Positions 24,066 to 35,631 of a stretch of DNA of 64,000 nucleotides are shown one piece after another. Source of the stretch: Alloascoidea hylecoeti. Its lineage: Eukaryota. The stretch lies in NCBI GenBank assembly GCA_001600815.1, contig BCKZ01000016.1:361077-425076 (forward strand), in the 5' to 3' direction. A model generated the notes under the pieces. That model made no database searches and was not told where the DNA came from. It saw nothing but the letters and a program-made list of their open reading frames with translations. Within the stretch, counting starts at the first letter, position 1; each line of letters begins with the position of its first letter. The translations under genes and the position numbers were made by a program.

Positions 24066-25398
24066 ATGCTCCGGACTCTGTCGCTGAGACGGAAACACTC
24101 CAAATCCCAGATCCAGCCGCAAGCCATCGACATCCACTTCTCCGATGCTTCGAACACAAACAGCGCCTCCTCCTTCCTGCCGTCACACTCCTCCGACCCA
24201 TCTAAACACAAATACCACTCGTCTCACAGGTCCTTAAACCTCGATCCCTCCACCCTGAACAACCTGAACCGTTATTTCTCCACTTCTTCAAAATTGTCCT
24301 ACTTGAATACCGCCGTTCTTGACAAAAATGATGTCTCAGACCCTTCAAACCCAAAAATCCCTCTGCCAACCGTTAGTGGCCCTAACATTTCGGTGAAGAA
24401 TGATGGAAACTCCGTTTTTGAAGTCCTCATTGAAAATCAGCGGGGTTTGTTTTTTGCCGGAATCCCGCTTTTCTCTTCTCGTTCTTTGTTTCAACTAGAT
24501 CCTCCATCCTGGACTACTGCTAAAGGTCAAAAGGCTCTAGGTGATGCTAGCCTTTATCCATTACCCGATCCCTCTTGGAGGTGGAAGTGGGACAAATGGT
24601 ATGTTAATATGGCCTCAGATGTTGATCATCAAGGTTGGACTTATTCTTTACGGTTTAGATCTAAATCTTGGCATGGAAATCATCTTTGGTTTCATTCTTT
24701 TGTAAGAAGACGGATATGGGTTAGATTAAGAGTTCGTATCCAACAACAACAACAACAACCCGTTGTAGTTGATGAAAATATCCACGAAGAAATTCACACT
24801 AATATTATCAATGATGAAATTGCTAAAGATATTACCATTAAACCTGAATCAAATGAATTAATTGTAACCCCGAGTACTATTGATAGCTCTGCAACAAATC
24901 CAATCTCTCCTTCAAAATCTTTTGTTTCAAAAGCAACTACCGTTGAAACCCCAAAACCTGATGCTATTTACGATGTTCTTGATTATTTCCAACCATTAAT
25001 TGATTGTACTGATATTATTAATGATTTAAAATTAGATCTTAAAAATTCTAATATAGATCGTGAAAAAGTTGATAAAATTATATTATTTTTTGAAAAAACA
25101 ATATCTTTTACAATACAAGAATATTATGCAAAACATCAAAAATCAATTAGTATATTACATTATTTTTCTAAATCAACAAATGAAATTATAAATGAATTAG
25201 AATTTTCTGAAACTAAAAAAAATTTATTAAAAAGATTAACAACAATTTTTAATAAATTATTAAATTTATACGCTGTTATTACTTCATCTTCAAGAAGTTA
25301 TACAATGTCATCATTTGATTTTAATTCAACTGTAAATAGAAGAAAAACTGATGTTCTTTCAAAAAGATCAAATACTATGAAATCCACATTTACAAATG

Positions 25399-25450
<52 letters not shown>

Positions 25451-25697
25451 AACCACAAATAATAGAAAAAGATCTTCATCATTACCTTTTTCACCACAAT
25501 CTACAAAATCTTTTGAAAAATCTATAAATCAAATTGATAATCAAATTGATGATGATGATCAACCACCAGAAGATTATAAATTATATATTGATGCTGTTAT
25601 AACACAATTGACAAATATTATTGACAATATAATGACTAATATTTTTAAACATGGATATGAAAATCCTGACGATGATCTTTGGTTAAAAAAAAAATAA
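24066..25697 (+). CDS. SPO73: Dysferlin (DysF)-domain protein, Spo73/Mug65-like, with long C-terminal extension
   Basis: EVLIENQRGLFFAGIPLFSSRSL..LDPPSWT...YPLPDPSWRWKWDKWYV.M..DVDHQGWTYS..F....WHG......FVRRRIWVRLR. Confidence 0.75.
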
Positions 25698-25744
25698 TTA
25701 CATTACATATATATCTTTATACTTATACATTTTGAAAGTTGTTG

Positions 25745-25856
25745 TTTATATTTATGTTTATATTTATGTTTATATTTATGTTTATATTTATGTTTATGTT
25801 TATGTTCATGTTCATGTTCATGTTCATGTTCATTTTTTATGTTTATATTTATGTTT
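25745..25856. repeat. Compound microsatellite (TTTATATTTATG)n / (TTCATG)n
   Basis: Read directly from the sequence; it explains the spurious HE/HK/YK ORF 25703-25885. Confidence 0.85.
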
Positions 25857-26342
25857 TTTATATCTGAGCTAGGTGGTTGCATCAATATTTTCGAAAAGCA
25901 TATATCTTTTCCAGTATTTTAATGTTTACCATTCTAGTACTAGTTTATATCGTTACGAACGTTATGGAGGGTGTTATAGAAATTTGATAGTCAACTAATA
26001 ATCATATATGCATTTAATTTATATTTTTTAATTAACATTAATTTTTATTAAATCTTCTTTTAAAATTATGTCAATATTTATGGTGTCAATAATTTCAAAA
26101 AATTAGCTTTGTGACGTCATATTCATATTCTTTTTGAATCTTGATCATATTAGAGTTTTATCGCCGTTTCATATCAGAGTTTTGTTGTACAAAGCTATAA
26201 CGACGATAAAACTCTTTAGATACAAAAAATTATATCAAAATGAATATTGTTACAAATTCTGCTTGCTAGCAAGATATAATAAATTATATATATCTTCTAA
26301 ATATCGTATTTTTAATCCTATCCATAAGCGATAATTCATACA

Positions 26343-28531
26343 ATGATACAAGAAATTGAAATGGCTCATGTTAGCACTATAGATACAGATGATCTTCCCC
26401 CATCATATAGCCGTTTGTACAAAACCGATATGTTGTACAATACAATTGCAATGGATAATACAAATAAAAGCCTAAGGCATTATGATGTAATGACAACCCT
26501 TGGAAGCTTACGAGATAACAAAATCAATGTTAATAGATTGGGGATTGATCCGTTAGAAGAACTTGAACCGATTGAAACAAAAGAACACAATTCAATTAGA
26601 CTTTGGCAGCGGATAATTAACACCTCATTTCACAGAATCTTCATGATTATACTCTCGGTTTTAATGTTCGTTATCTTTAATAACATCGTTTATACTGGAA
26701 TAATAGATAATGAACTTTTATTGATTCAAAATAGCAAAGAACAATTGATTACCTATACCACCCCTAAAAATTCAATTTCGTCTAATTATAATATTAATGA
26801 TATTCAATATAAAGGTTTGTTAGGGTCTCTTAACTATCAATCAATTAAATATATTAATTCATCTGATCTAATAGTTAATACTTTTAATACATCAATATAT
26901 AAAACAATATCTCATACAACAAATCAATTTCAAAATTCTTTAATTCAATTAACAAATATTTCAATAAATATTTCAAACCAAACAATTTCAACTTATTCTA
27001 ATGTCTTAAACTCTACAATAACAAATATTTCAAATAATTGGAGAAATACATCTTCATCACTATTAAACTTAAAAAATGAATTACAACAAGAAGCACTTTT
27101 TGTTGGTGTTGAAGGATCTAAAAGAGTATCATTTGATGAAATGATTCTTAATTCATCTTGGATTGATAATTTAATACAAAATAATAATATTTCTTTATCT
27201 AATTTAGTAATATATAATGATTTAATATCTTCAAAACAAAATTTTATAAATCAATTATCTTTTAAAAATGAAACTGAAATTATTATTTTTAAACTTCAAA
27301 ATATTTTAAATGAGTTTTCAAATAATTATAAATCAAATGTTACAAATTTGATATTAAGTTTTAATACTTCAATGATAAATAAAAATTACACTAAAAATTA
27401 TGATTATAATGAAATGAAATTACAAAATCAAACGAAATCAACTGACAAAATTAATATAAAATATTCTACAGAACTTGAAGATTTATATTATTCAAATTTA
27501 ATTGATGCTAAAACTTCTATTAATCTATTTACAAAGGTATTTTACATTACTTGCATACCAATCATTGTAATTACAATATTATATATTTTTTACGAAAGCT
27601 TATTTCATAATAGTTGTTTAAATTTAAATTTGGATACAGATATCCATCTTGACCAAAAATTTTCTAATGATCACTCAAATGTTTACATGATAAATTCAAT
27701 ACCAAATATCATTGTAAATAAAATGAATAAAATAATTGCATATGATGATAATTCTTCAACTTATAATTATATTTATTGGTTTTCAACATTTGTATTCTCA
27801 AGATATATGCAACTTCTTTTCCAAATGACAATTTTTTCATTTTGTTTCTATCTTATACAAATACCATTTTTAACAGCATTAGAGGAGTGTAAGCAAAAAA
27901 ATGGATTGATTGATTATAACAAACAATTACAAAATAAGCGAGAATTAATTGACGATAAAGTTACTGCTACCCAGTGTATATGGTACTCTCAAGTTCTTCA
28001 AGATGTTCAGTCACAGCAACAGAAATTTAATTATCAACTTGGTCAATTAGCTAAAATAGCTATGGACAACTCCTCTAATGAAACAGATCATTTCATTGAA
28101 TCCATAACGAATAAAGTCGATGAAATGTTCACCAACACACCTAATCTATTGCAAAAGGTGAGAAGATTTACAATCAATTAATTGTAACATTTATACTAAC
28201 TTAATTTCTTTTTCTGTAGTCTGTTAAAAATATGGTTCCAAAATATATGGACATACTTAGATCCACAAATATGTTTTATGAATCCATAATTTCTAATTCA
28301 AGTATTTTGAATTTAGATTTGACCCTATCGCCTTGGTATACTACAACATGTACAATCCCAACACATCATAAAAATTCCAATCATTTAAACCCCATACAAC
28401 CCCCTAATATTCAAAAACTGGTCGATATATGTCGACAGATTATAACAATTTTGGGAATTTCCTGTAGTGTCTTTTCATGTTTGTGGCTTATTTCTCTAAT
28501 TATCTATGTGTATATAAGAGTCCGAGTGTAA
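26343..28531 (+). CDS. PRM1: Multi-pass glycosylated membrane protein, divergent Prm1-like; intron 28158-28219
   Basis: Topology of TM, long Asn-rich N-glycosylated loop, TM, loop, YWFSTFVFSRYMQLLFQMTIFSFCFYLIQIPFL (Prm1-like W..Y.....L....L....Q..L), coiled region and terminal TM. Intron GTGAGA..TACTAAC..TAG joins ORF 28232-28531 in frame. Confidence 0.6.
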
Positions 28532-28650
28532 ATATAGGCACGTATATAGACACTGGAGTGTTTTTAATTAGAAAGGACAAAAACCTTGAAGTACTAAACA
28601 AATCCTCCAAGGTACAACTTCAAAAATAAAGATCCGAAATAAAACAAACA

Positions 28651-31133
28651 ATGTCGCAAAGGAAACTCCATCAGTATGTGTTACTTGTAATACCTTTGGC
28701 TGTTATATCTCATACTTTTTTTCTTTTTCTTTTTTCTGTCAACTGTTTTTAAACTTGAATTTGTGGGGATACAATTGGTTGGATAATTATTAAAAAAAAA
28801 AAAAAAAAGAAATTTTTAACCCCTTGATAAATGTTCTCTATTAGTTACTCAACATTAGAACCTATAATTTTTTAGACTTTATGGAATAAGCTTCTAATAT
28901 TAGATCTTTATTATAATGTAGAGAAATGGACCGTGTGTTCAAAAAAGTGGGTGAAGGAATAGCTGTGTTTGACTTAATATATGACAAAATGCAAGCTTCA
29001 ACAAACCCTTCCCAGAAGGATAAATTAGAACAGGTGAGCCCGTTTTCTTTCTTTTTTTTTCATCTTTTCTTCATTTTGAAAGAAGAAAGTCCTTAATAAT
29101 TAGAATGTTTTATTAACATAATTAATGGATTGGTTGCAGGATCTAAAAAAAGAAATCAAAAAGTTACAAAGGTTACGAGATCAAATTAAAACATGGCTAA
29201 GTGGATCAGAGGTAAAAGATAAGAAACCTTTAATTGAACAGAGAAAACTAATTGAAGCGGTATGATAATATATTAGATATATATACCAATGGTCATCAAA
29301 ACTAATTACCACTTTTGATTTTGTATTTAGGAGATGGAACGATTTAAAACAACTGAAAAGGAAATGAAAACGAAAGCTTTTTCAAAAGAAGGTCTTACCA
29401 ATTCTCTCAAAGTTGATCCCCGAGAAAGAGAAAAGCAGGAAACTTGTGCTTTTGTGACGTCTCAGATAGATGAACTTGATAGACAAATGGAGTCACTTGA
29501 AGCCGAATTAGATACAATACAGTCCAGCATGAAGAAATCTCGTCGAGGGGGTGATTGGTCCAAACAAGAACGAATAAATGAAATAAATGAAGTGGTAGAA
29601 CGACATAAATGGCATCAAGGAAGACTGGAATTAATACTAAGGTTATTAGAAAATGGAAGTCTATCACCTCAGCTGGTGAATGACATTCAAGAAGATATAA
29701 GGTATTATGTAGATTCCAATCAAGATGCCGATTTTGCGGAGGATGAATTCATTTATGATGACCTAAACCTTGATAGTACGGAAGAGGTGTTTGTTCATGA
29801 AGTGTTAGAAGGAGCTGGTGCAGCCAATGCTAATGTGACGTTAAATGATGATCGTGAATCACGAAACTCTTGGGATGGTAGTAGCATAACGTTATCACCA
29901 AAAATTTCTTCACACATCAGCTCAGCTCCATCGATATCTTCACTGCCTGCGGCCTCTTCAGCTCGGAAGCATTCATTAAGTGTTAATCCAACGACTCCTG
30001 TTACACCAGGTACAAGCAACTTGAAACCCGCACCTCTGCCGACACGGCCGAACGAATTGAAGTATTCTTCAGCCGCCTCAACTACAACTAATGGGGGATT
30101 AATAAACAATGGATCATCAACTTCATCCCCAAAGTCTATAACCTCAAATACAACTGCACAGACGTCTACCATAACGGCATCGCCTCGAATAGGAAATGGG
30201 AAATCTTTTTCTTCTCCATTGCCATGGAGTGAAAAGATCCAACAGCAAACATCAATGAATGGTATTATTAACAATAATAATGATTTTACGACAGCAGCTT
30301 CGACTCCAAATAAAGGAAAAATTGCAACCCCGGTTCCAACTGCTGCAACTATAGTATCATCAAAGGTTACATCAAAGATTTCGAGTCCAATTATCAAAAC
30401 TGATAAAAAATCACTTAGTAGAGTCGAAAATGGAGTTTCGGAAAAGACATCCACACCAAAGGTCGCTACGTCAACGTTAGTAAATGGTTCTGTAATAGAC
30501 GCCACAGCCTCAGCAACAACAATTTCTAAATCCATTAACATTGAAAATCAGAAACCAAAAATTGTTTTACCTCCTGGACTTCAAGGTATGATTAACTCTT
30601 TTGAAGCAGCTAAGCAGAGGTTGGATAAACCTGAGCCCATCTCATCGATTTCAAAATTATTGGAAGTGTCATTTTTGAACTGTCCTGATTCTTATGATGC
30701 TTCAAACCCTACCCGTTATGCACCAGTAAATCCGTTTCCTACGTCTCCTTTTTATCCAACGGAGCCATTGGAAACTTTGGTATATTATGGTGATAAAGAC
30801 GGTAAGAATAATACTGATTCTAAAAAGAATTCTTTAAACAATTCCTTAGCTAAATTAATCAGTAAATTTGATATTGGTACATTATTTTATATATTTTATT
30901 ATAAGCAAGGAAGCTATGAACAACTACTTGCCTCTAAAGAATTAAAAAAGCAAAGTTGGAGATTTCACAAGAGATATTCGACTTGGTTTAAACGATTAGA
31001 AGGTCCAGAGGTTGTCAATGATAATTTTGAGCAAGGAACATATCGCTTTTTTGATTTTGAAGGACTTTGGCTTGAAAGAAGAAAGCCTGGTTTTAAATTC
31101 GAATATCGATATCTTGAAGATGAAGTTGTCTAA
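28651..31133 (+). CDS. NOT3: CCR4-NOT subunit Not3/Not5, 4 exons (28651-28673, 28922-29033, 29140-29259, 29331-31133)
   Basis: [20 protein letters not shown]...[26 protein letters not shown]...|[20 protein letters not shown], and a C-terminal NOT box [10 protein letters not shown]...SWRFHK...FEYRYLE. Confidence 0.9.
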
Positions 31134-32305
31134 TAAAATGGAATGTTTACTTTTTGAGTTCCCTTTTCATTAATGTATTGAAATAACTATCTCTGCCCTT
31201 TTGTTATGATACATTTGGGGCTATTATTGTTCTTGTTATATCTTTTACTCTTGATTTTTCGTGTTACAGAAAAATATAATATATCTAAAAAGTCTAAAAA
31301 AAGTCTTTACTACTATAACTAAATTAAAATTCTCCGTAAAGAGTTGATTGAGGCATCATATTCATATAAATAGTGGAATAGTTTAAACAGTTTGCCGGTT
31401 TACCTGAATCAGTATTTTTACAATTGGAGGATTAATTATTGCAATTGGTAAAATTCATTCCCGCAATATGCATATTAACATCTTATTTAAATTCCAGTAA
31501 ACATAATACGTATACCAGCTATTGATGTTGTAAGCTTATAATTAGATATATGGTATGATTATTATCTATATGAAGCTTTGTAGGCCTATGATGCTTTGTA
31601 ACAGATTTAATCAAATTATGATACGCACGAAATTTTGGTTTCCAGGAATAAGCATGCAACGGTATTAAGATTACGACATTAGGAAATATCGTTGTTTGTA
31701 GATACATGCACTCATCTAGATAAGGTATGTGTGATGGATGTACTCTATTTTTATTTGTATGGTGGAGGAAAAGTAGGGACAAATTTTTTGACAAAGAAAT
31801 GCAAAAGTTAATTTGAAACGACATGATTTACATTTGCAATTGATCTACCTTTCGTCAACTTTAATATATAAATGAAGTGATTCTGGTGTTGTGGTCACAT
31901 TTTACCGTTCATTTTCAGTGACGGGTATTATTACAAGGTATGTAGATCTATAGGTTATAACTTATAACTATAGCTAGGCTATTATTCTGACATTAATACT
32001 ATATTTTATGTAACTCATTATCAACAGTGAGGCCCCACCCACAGGAATTTTACCACAAGATTCAAAAATTAATGCTAGATATCAGATTTCAGTTGTAGTG
32101 ATCTACATTCTGGTCTGAATACTGTAAATCTTGAAATTGAATTGAAATGTCTTTAATAATAGTTGTTGGTGGTGAGAGATATAGTAAAAATATAATAATA
32201 AGCATATCAAACCAAGCGAAATTGAACTTATACCAATTTCAATTTAATATCTGATTAAAGACCCAAGATTCAATTTTGTGTGTATATTTCATGCCTAAGT
32301 GATCA

Positions 32306-33511
32306 CTAGTCAGATTTTGTATCTAGATCTATTTCCAACATAATATCATCTCCATTTTGATCACCCCTTTCTTGCATCAAGTTATCCTCAATATTTATTC
32401 TCTGTTTAAATCGGGATTGTCCCCTTTCAATTTCGTTAGTAGCGGTTTCTTCTATTCCAATCATTTCTTCAAGTTCAATTATTTTTAAATTTATATTACT
32501 TTCTCTAGAACTAGTAGCCACGGTCGGCGAAATATCAACATTTCCAAGATTATACCCATTACTAGCTGAACCCCCTTGGATATTCGGTTCCTCGACGATG
32601 GTTTGGTTATGTGCATCGCGCCACAAACTCGAAGTATAAGGCCCCAAATTTAAAGCGGCTTCGCGAATATCATGTTCTTCATCATTTTCAAATATATTTT
32701 CAAATACGCTTAATTTACCAGCTGGCCAACTAGAGGTTGCAAGGTTTTTGCTGGAAGAGGAAAAATGTGTATCATTTGAGTCTGCAGTTGAGGTTGATGA
32801 TGAAGAAATATAATGCATTGTAGAACGTGAATTTGATTCTGTTTCTATAGATATGGGAAGGTTTGGTTCGGCTTGAACCTTGACCCCAGGAATATAAGCC
32901 ACTGCTATTATATTCGAAGCACGGGACTCTAAATCGTCAAAAGTGTCTACTAATGATACTCGGTTGTAACTATGTTCATGTATTCCTTGGGTATTTGTAG
33001 TCTGTGCAATAGTCATCGATTCATCGTTATAGTCATCTATAGATCTACTATCCTTGCGTGAACGGTATACTGTTGATGGTTGATTGGACTTCTGTGATGG
33101 GTTTCGTTTTTTATTACCGCCTACAACTTCTTTAAGTTCATGTTCATAATCATCATAATTACCATTCCAGTCGTTGGCATTCTGGTCTTTATTCCCTGTA
33201 CCCAGTTTCTTATTGTGCTTACGGATGTACCATCGAAACAAGATGGCAAATATAATAAGCAAACATACAATTCCAGGTACTAACCCTGCAATTAAACCTA
33301 TTATCTTAGGTGAATTATTGTCTGAACCGCTCCATACCTGATTCCCAGAGGAAGGGGTAGCATCGGCACCAAAACAGAAAGCGACAGGGCATTTTTGGCA
33401 TGTCAAGAGTGATATGACACATGATGAGCCATTATAGCAAGGTGGGCATGTTGGAACTAAATCGGAGCATTTCACACATTCTCTATTATTTAAAGAATTT
33501 GTGGAGCTCAT
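32306..33511 (-). CDS. OPY2: Opy2-like single-pass membrane anchor
   Basis: N-terminal 8-Cys motif CVKC...PTCPPC...CV...TCQKCP..C, one TM (IGLIAGLVPGIVCLLIIFAILF), and ASNIIAVAYIPGV. Confidence 0.8.
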   Translation of the reverse strand: MSSTNSLNNRECVKCSDLVPTCPPCYNGSSCVISLLTCQKCPVAFCFGADATPSSGNQVWSGSDNNSPKIIGLIAGLVPGIVCLLIIFAILFRWYIRKHNKKLGTGNKDQNANDWNGNYDDYEHELKEVVGGNKKRNPSQKSNQPSTVYRSRKDSRSIDDYNDESMTIAQTTNTQGIHEHSYNRVSLVDTFDDLESRASNIIAVAYIPGVKVQAEPNLPISIETESNSRSTMHYISSSSTSTADSNDTHFSSSSKNLATSSWPAGKLSVFENIFENDEEHDIREAALNLGPYTSSLWRDAHNQTIVEEPNIQGGSASNGYNLGNVDISPTVATSSRESNINLKIIELEEMIGIEETATNEIERGQSRFKQRINIEDNLMQERGDQNGDDIMLEIDLDTKSD

Positions 33512-33990
33512 GCGTTATAAATATTAAGAGTGTTCGTTATCAAGTCTATAGATTAGTGTGCAATTGCTTTCGTAGCTACAAGAAAATAACGAATCCACAA
33601 AATTGATTAACCGGTAATGACTAATCTACTATATCCAGGGATTCACTAACTTTAGCAAGTTTCCAACGTTTAATTATATAATCTCGGACAATTATTAGTT
33701 CGCAAGATATAAATATCTCATAGGCAGAAAATCACGATTAAAGAACTAATACATGTAATTGCTCATGCCTTAGGTCGTCCTATATCTTATAGAGTTATCA
33801 ACCAGCAACCCCGCTGCTCAGATTATAGACATCATCATAATATAACAACAACTACAACAAAATAGTCTATGTAGCAGCTACGATTTCAATTACAAAGGTA
33901 TAAGGTTATAATTATATATGGACTACTTAAGCTTGCAATTAATTAATTAATTAATTATAATAAAAACTACATTTGTTATTATAATAATAA

Positions 33991-34053
33991 TTAGGGTTTA
34001 GCCCTTAATATTTATACCATTAGAAGTAACACTAAAACAGAATTACCAGTCAC
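33991..34053 (+). promoter_or_regulatory. Ribosomal-protein promoter motifs: Tbf1-like palindrome TTAGGGTTTAGCCCTTAA (33991-34008) and Homol-D-like CAGTCAC (34047-34053)
   Basis: Both motifs lie 100-160 bp upstream of the RPL5 ATG. Confidence 0.5.
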
Positions 34054-34152
34054 CTGCAGAACTGTATATTTCAGTACATGCACACCCGACTTTTCAAATT
34101 AATCAAAGAGAAATCTCAGCTTACGACAAAAGTACCATCAGCATCTTTAACA

Positions 34153-35046
34153 ATGGCTTTCAACAAAACTGTCAAGTCCTCTGCCTATACTTCTCGTTTC
34201 CAAACTCCTTTTAGAAGAAGACGTGAAGGTAAAACCGATTACTATGCTAGAAAACGTTTAATCACCCAGCACAAAGCTAAATATGCCACCCCAAAATATA
34301 GATTGGTGGTTCGTTTTACAAACAAAGATATTATTGCCCAGATTATTTCTTCTCAAATTTCTGGTGACATTGTCTTGACCGCAGCTTATGCCCATGAGCT
34401 ACCCAGATACGGAATTAATCACGGTCTTACCAATTGGTCAGCTGCCTACGCTGTCGGTCTTTTGATTGCCAGAAGAACATTGCAAAAGTTGGGATTAGAT
34501 GAAAAATATCCAGGTGTTGAAGAGGTTGAGGGTGAATACGAAATCACTGAAGCCATTGAAGATGGTCCTCGCCCATTCAAGGTTTTCCTTGATACTGGTT
34601 TACAAAGAACCACAACTGGTGCTCGTGTCTTTGGTGTCTTAAAGGGTGCCTCAGATGGTGGTTTGTATGTTCCACATTCTGAAAATAGATTTCCAGGTTT
34701 TGATATCGAAGGCAAAGAACTTGATGCTGAAGTTTTAAGAAAATACATTTTCGGTGGTCATGTCGCCGAATATATGGAAGAATTAGCTGATGATGACGAG
34801 GAGAAATTCAAGCAAATTTTCAAACGCTATTTGGATGATGATATTGAGGCTGATGCCATTGAAGATATCTATACTGAAGCTCATTCCAAGATTAGAGAAG
34901 ATCCTTCTTTCAAACCTACCGAAAAGAAATTTACTAAGGAGCAATACGCTGCCAACTCTAAAAAATACAGACAATATAAGCTCACAGCAGCAGAGAGAAA
35001 GGAGAGAATCCAAAAGAAGATTGCTGCTCTTCAACAACAAGCTTAA
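34153..35046 (+). CDS. RPL5: 60S ribosomal protein uL18/L5
   Basis: MAFNKTVKSSAYTSRFQTPFRRRREGKTDYYARKRL...; strong codon bias. The true start is the second Met of the tracked ORF. Confidence 0.98.
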   Translation: MAFNKTVKSSAYTSRFQTPFRRRREGKTDYYARKRLITQHKAKYATPKYRLVVRFTNKDIIAQIISSQISGDIVLTAAYAHELPRYGINHGLTNWSAAYAVGLLIARRTLQKLGLDEKYPGVEEVEGEYEITEAIEDGPRPFKVFLDTGLQRTTTGARVFGVLKGASDGGLYVPHSENRFPGFDIEGKELDAEVLRKYIFGGHVAEYMEELADDDEEKFKQIFKRYLDDDIEADAIEDIYTEAHSKIREDPSFKPTEKKFTKEQYAANSKKYRQYKLTAAERKERIQKKIAALQQQA

Positions 35047-35631
35047 GTGTTTTATTAAACTATTTGATAAGTTTAGAAGTTTTCATTCCTACATCTATTA
35101 AAATTTTAATATATTTTAAGTTCTAAATTTTTTAAATATAATGAACACTAATATATATATATCGTTTGTATCTTTATCAAAAGTGTCTAGTATGTTTTGG
35201 TTATGTAAATCGTAGAACAGTATGACATATTATGTGAGAGCAAAGAATAGAATCAGATTTAATATTAGTCTGTATCGCAAATATTCTCTTGGAATTGTGA
35301 GAACAATTGAGGACCGACTGTCTTAATTATACGTATAGACGGCCTATATTTTTGAGTTCATTCACTTTTTTTAAAGAATTTAGATAAAACCCATCGCAAT
35401 TTAACCGGATACACTATAGCTGATCCATTCTAAATCAATAACTATACACATATCCAAACACGAATTAATAAGAATATGAGACCAAGAGAGTTAATCTTTT
35501 ATATGCATAGAATTATTATTGTAAATGTTAAGAAGTCACAATTAAAACACCAAAAATGTCAAAATGTTTTGATAATTATATAATTATTTCACTCTCGATC
35601 TAATTTTTTTAATACACGTTATATAATTATC

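Noticed and set aside
23303..24211. Cluster of overlapping 66-208 aa ORFs on both strands
   Set aside because: A by-product of the GC island (few stop codons) and the C-rich repeat; they overlap the real bZIP and SPO73-like genes.
25703..25885. His/Lys/Glu-repeat ORF
   Set aside because: Translation of a microsatellite.
29795..30541. 248-aa antisense ORF (also 22949-23371, 34446-34748, 59860-60258)
   Set aside because: Antisense shadows of Ser/Thr-rich or codon-biased genes.
35230..35352. Possible H/ACA snoRNA downstream of RPL5 (two weak hairpins with AGAACA between them)
   Set aside because: Stems are weak, there is no clear terminal ACA box and no target was identified.
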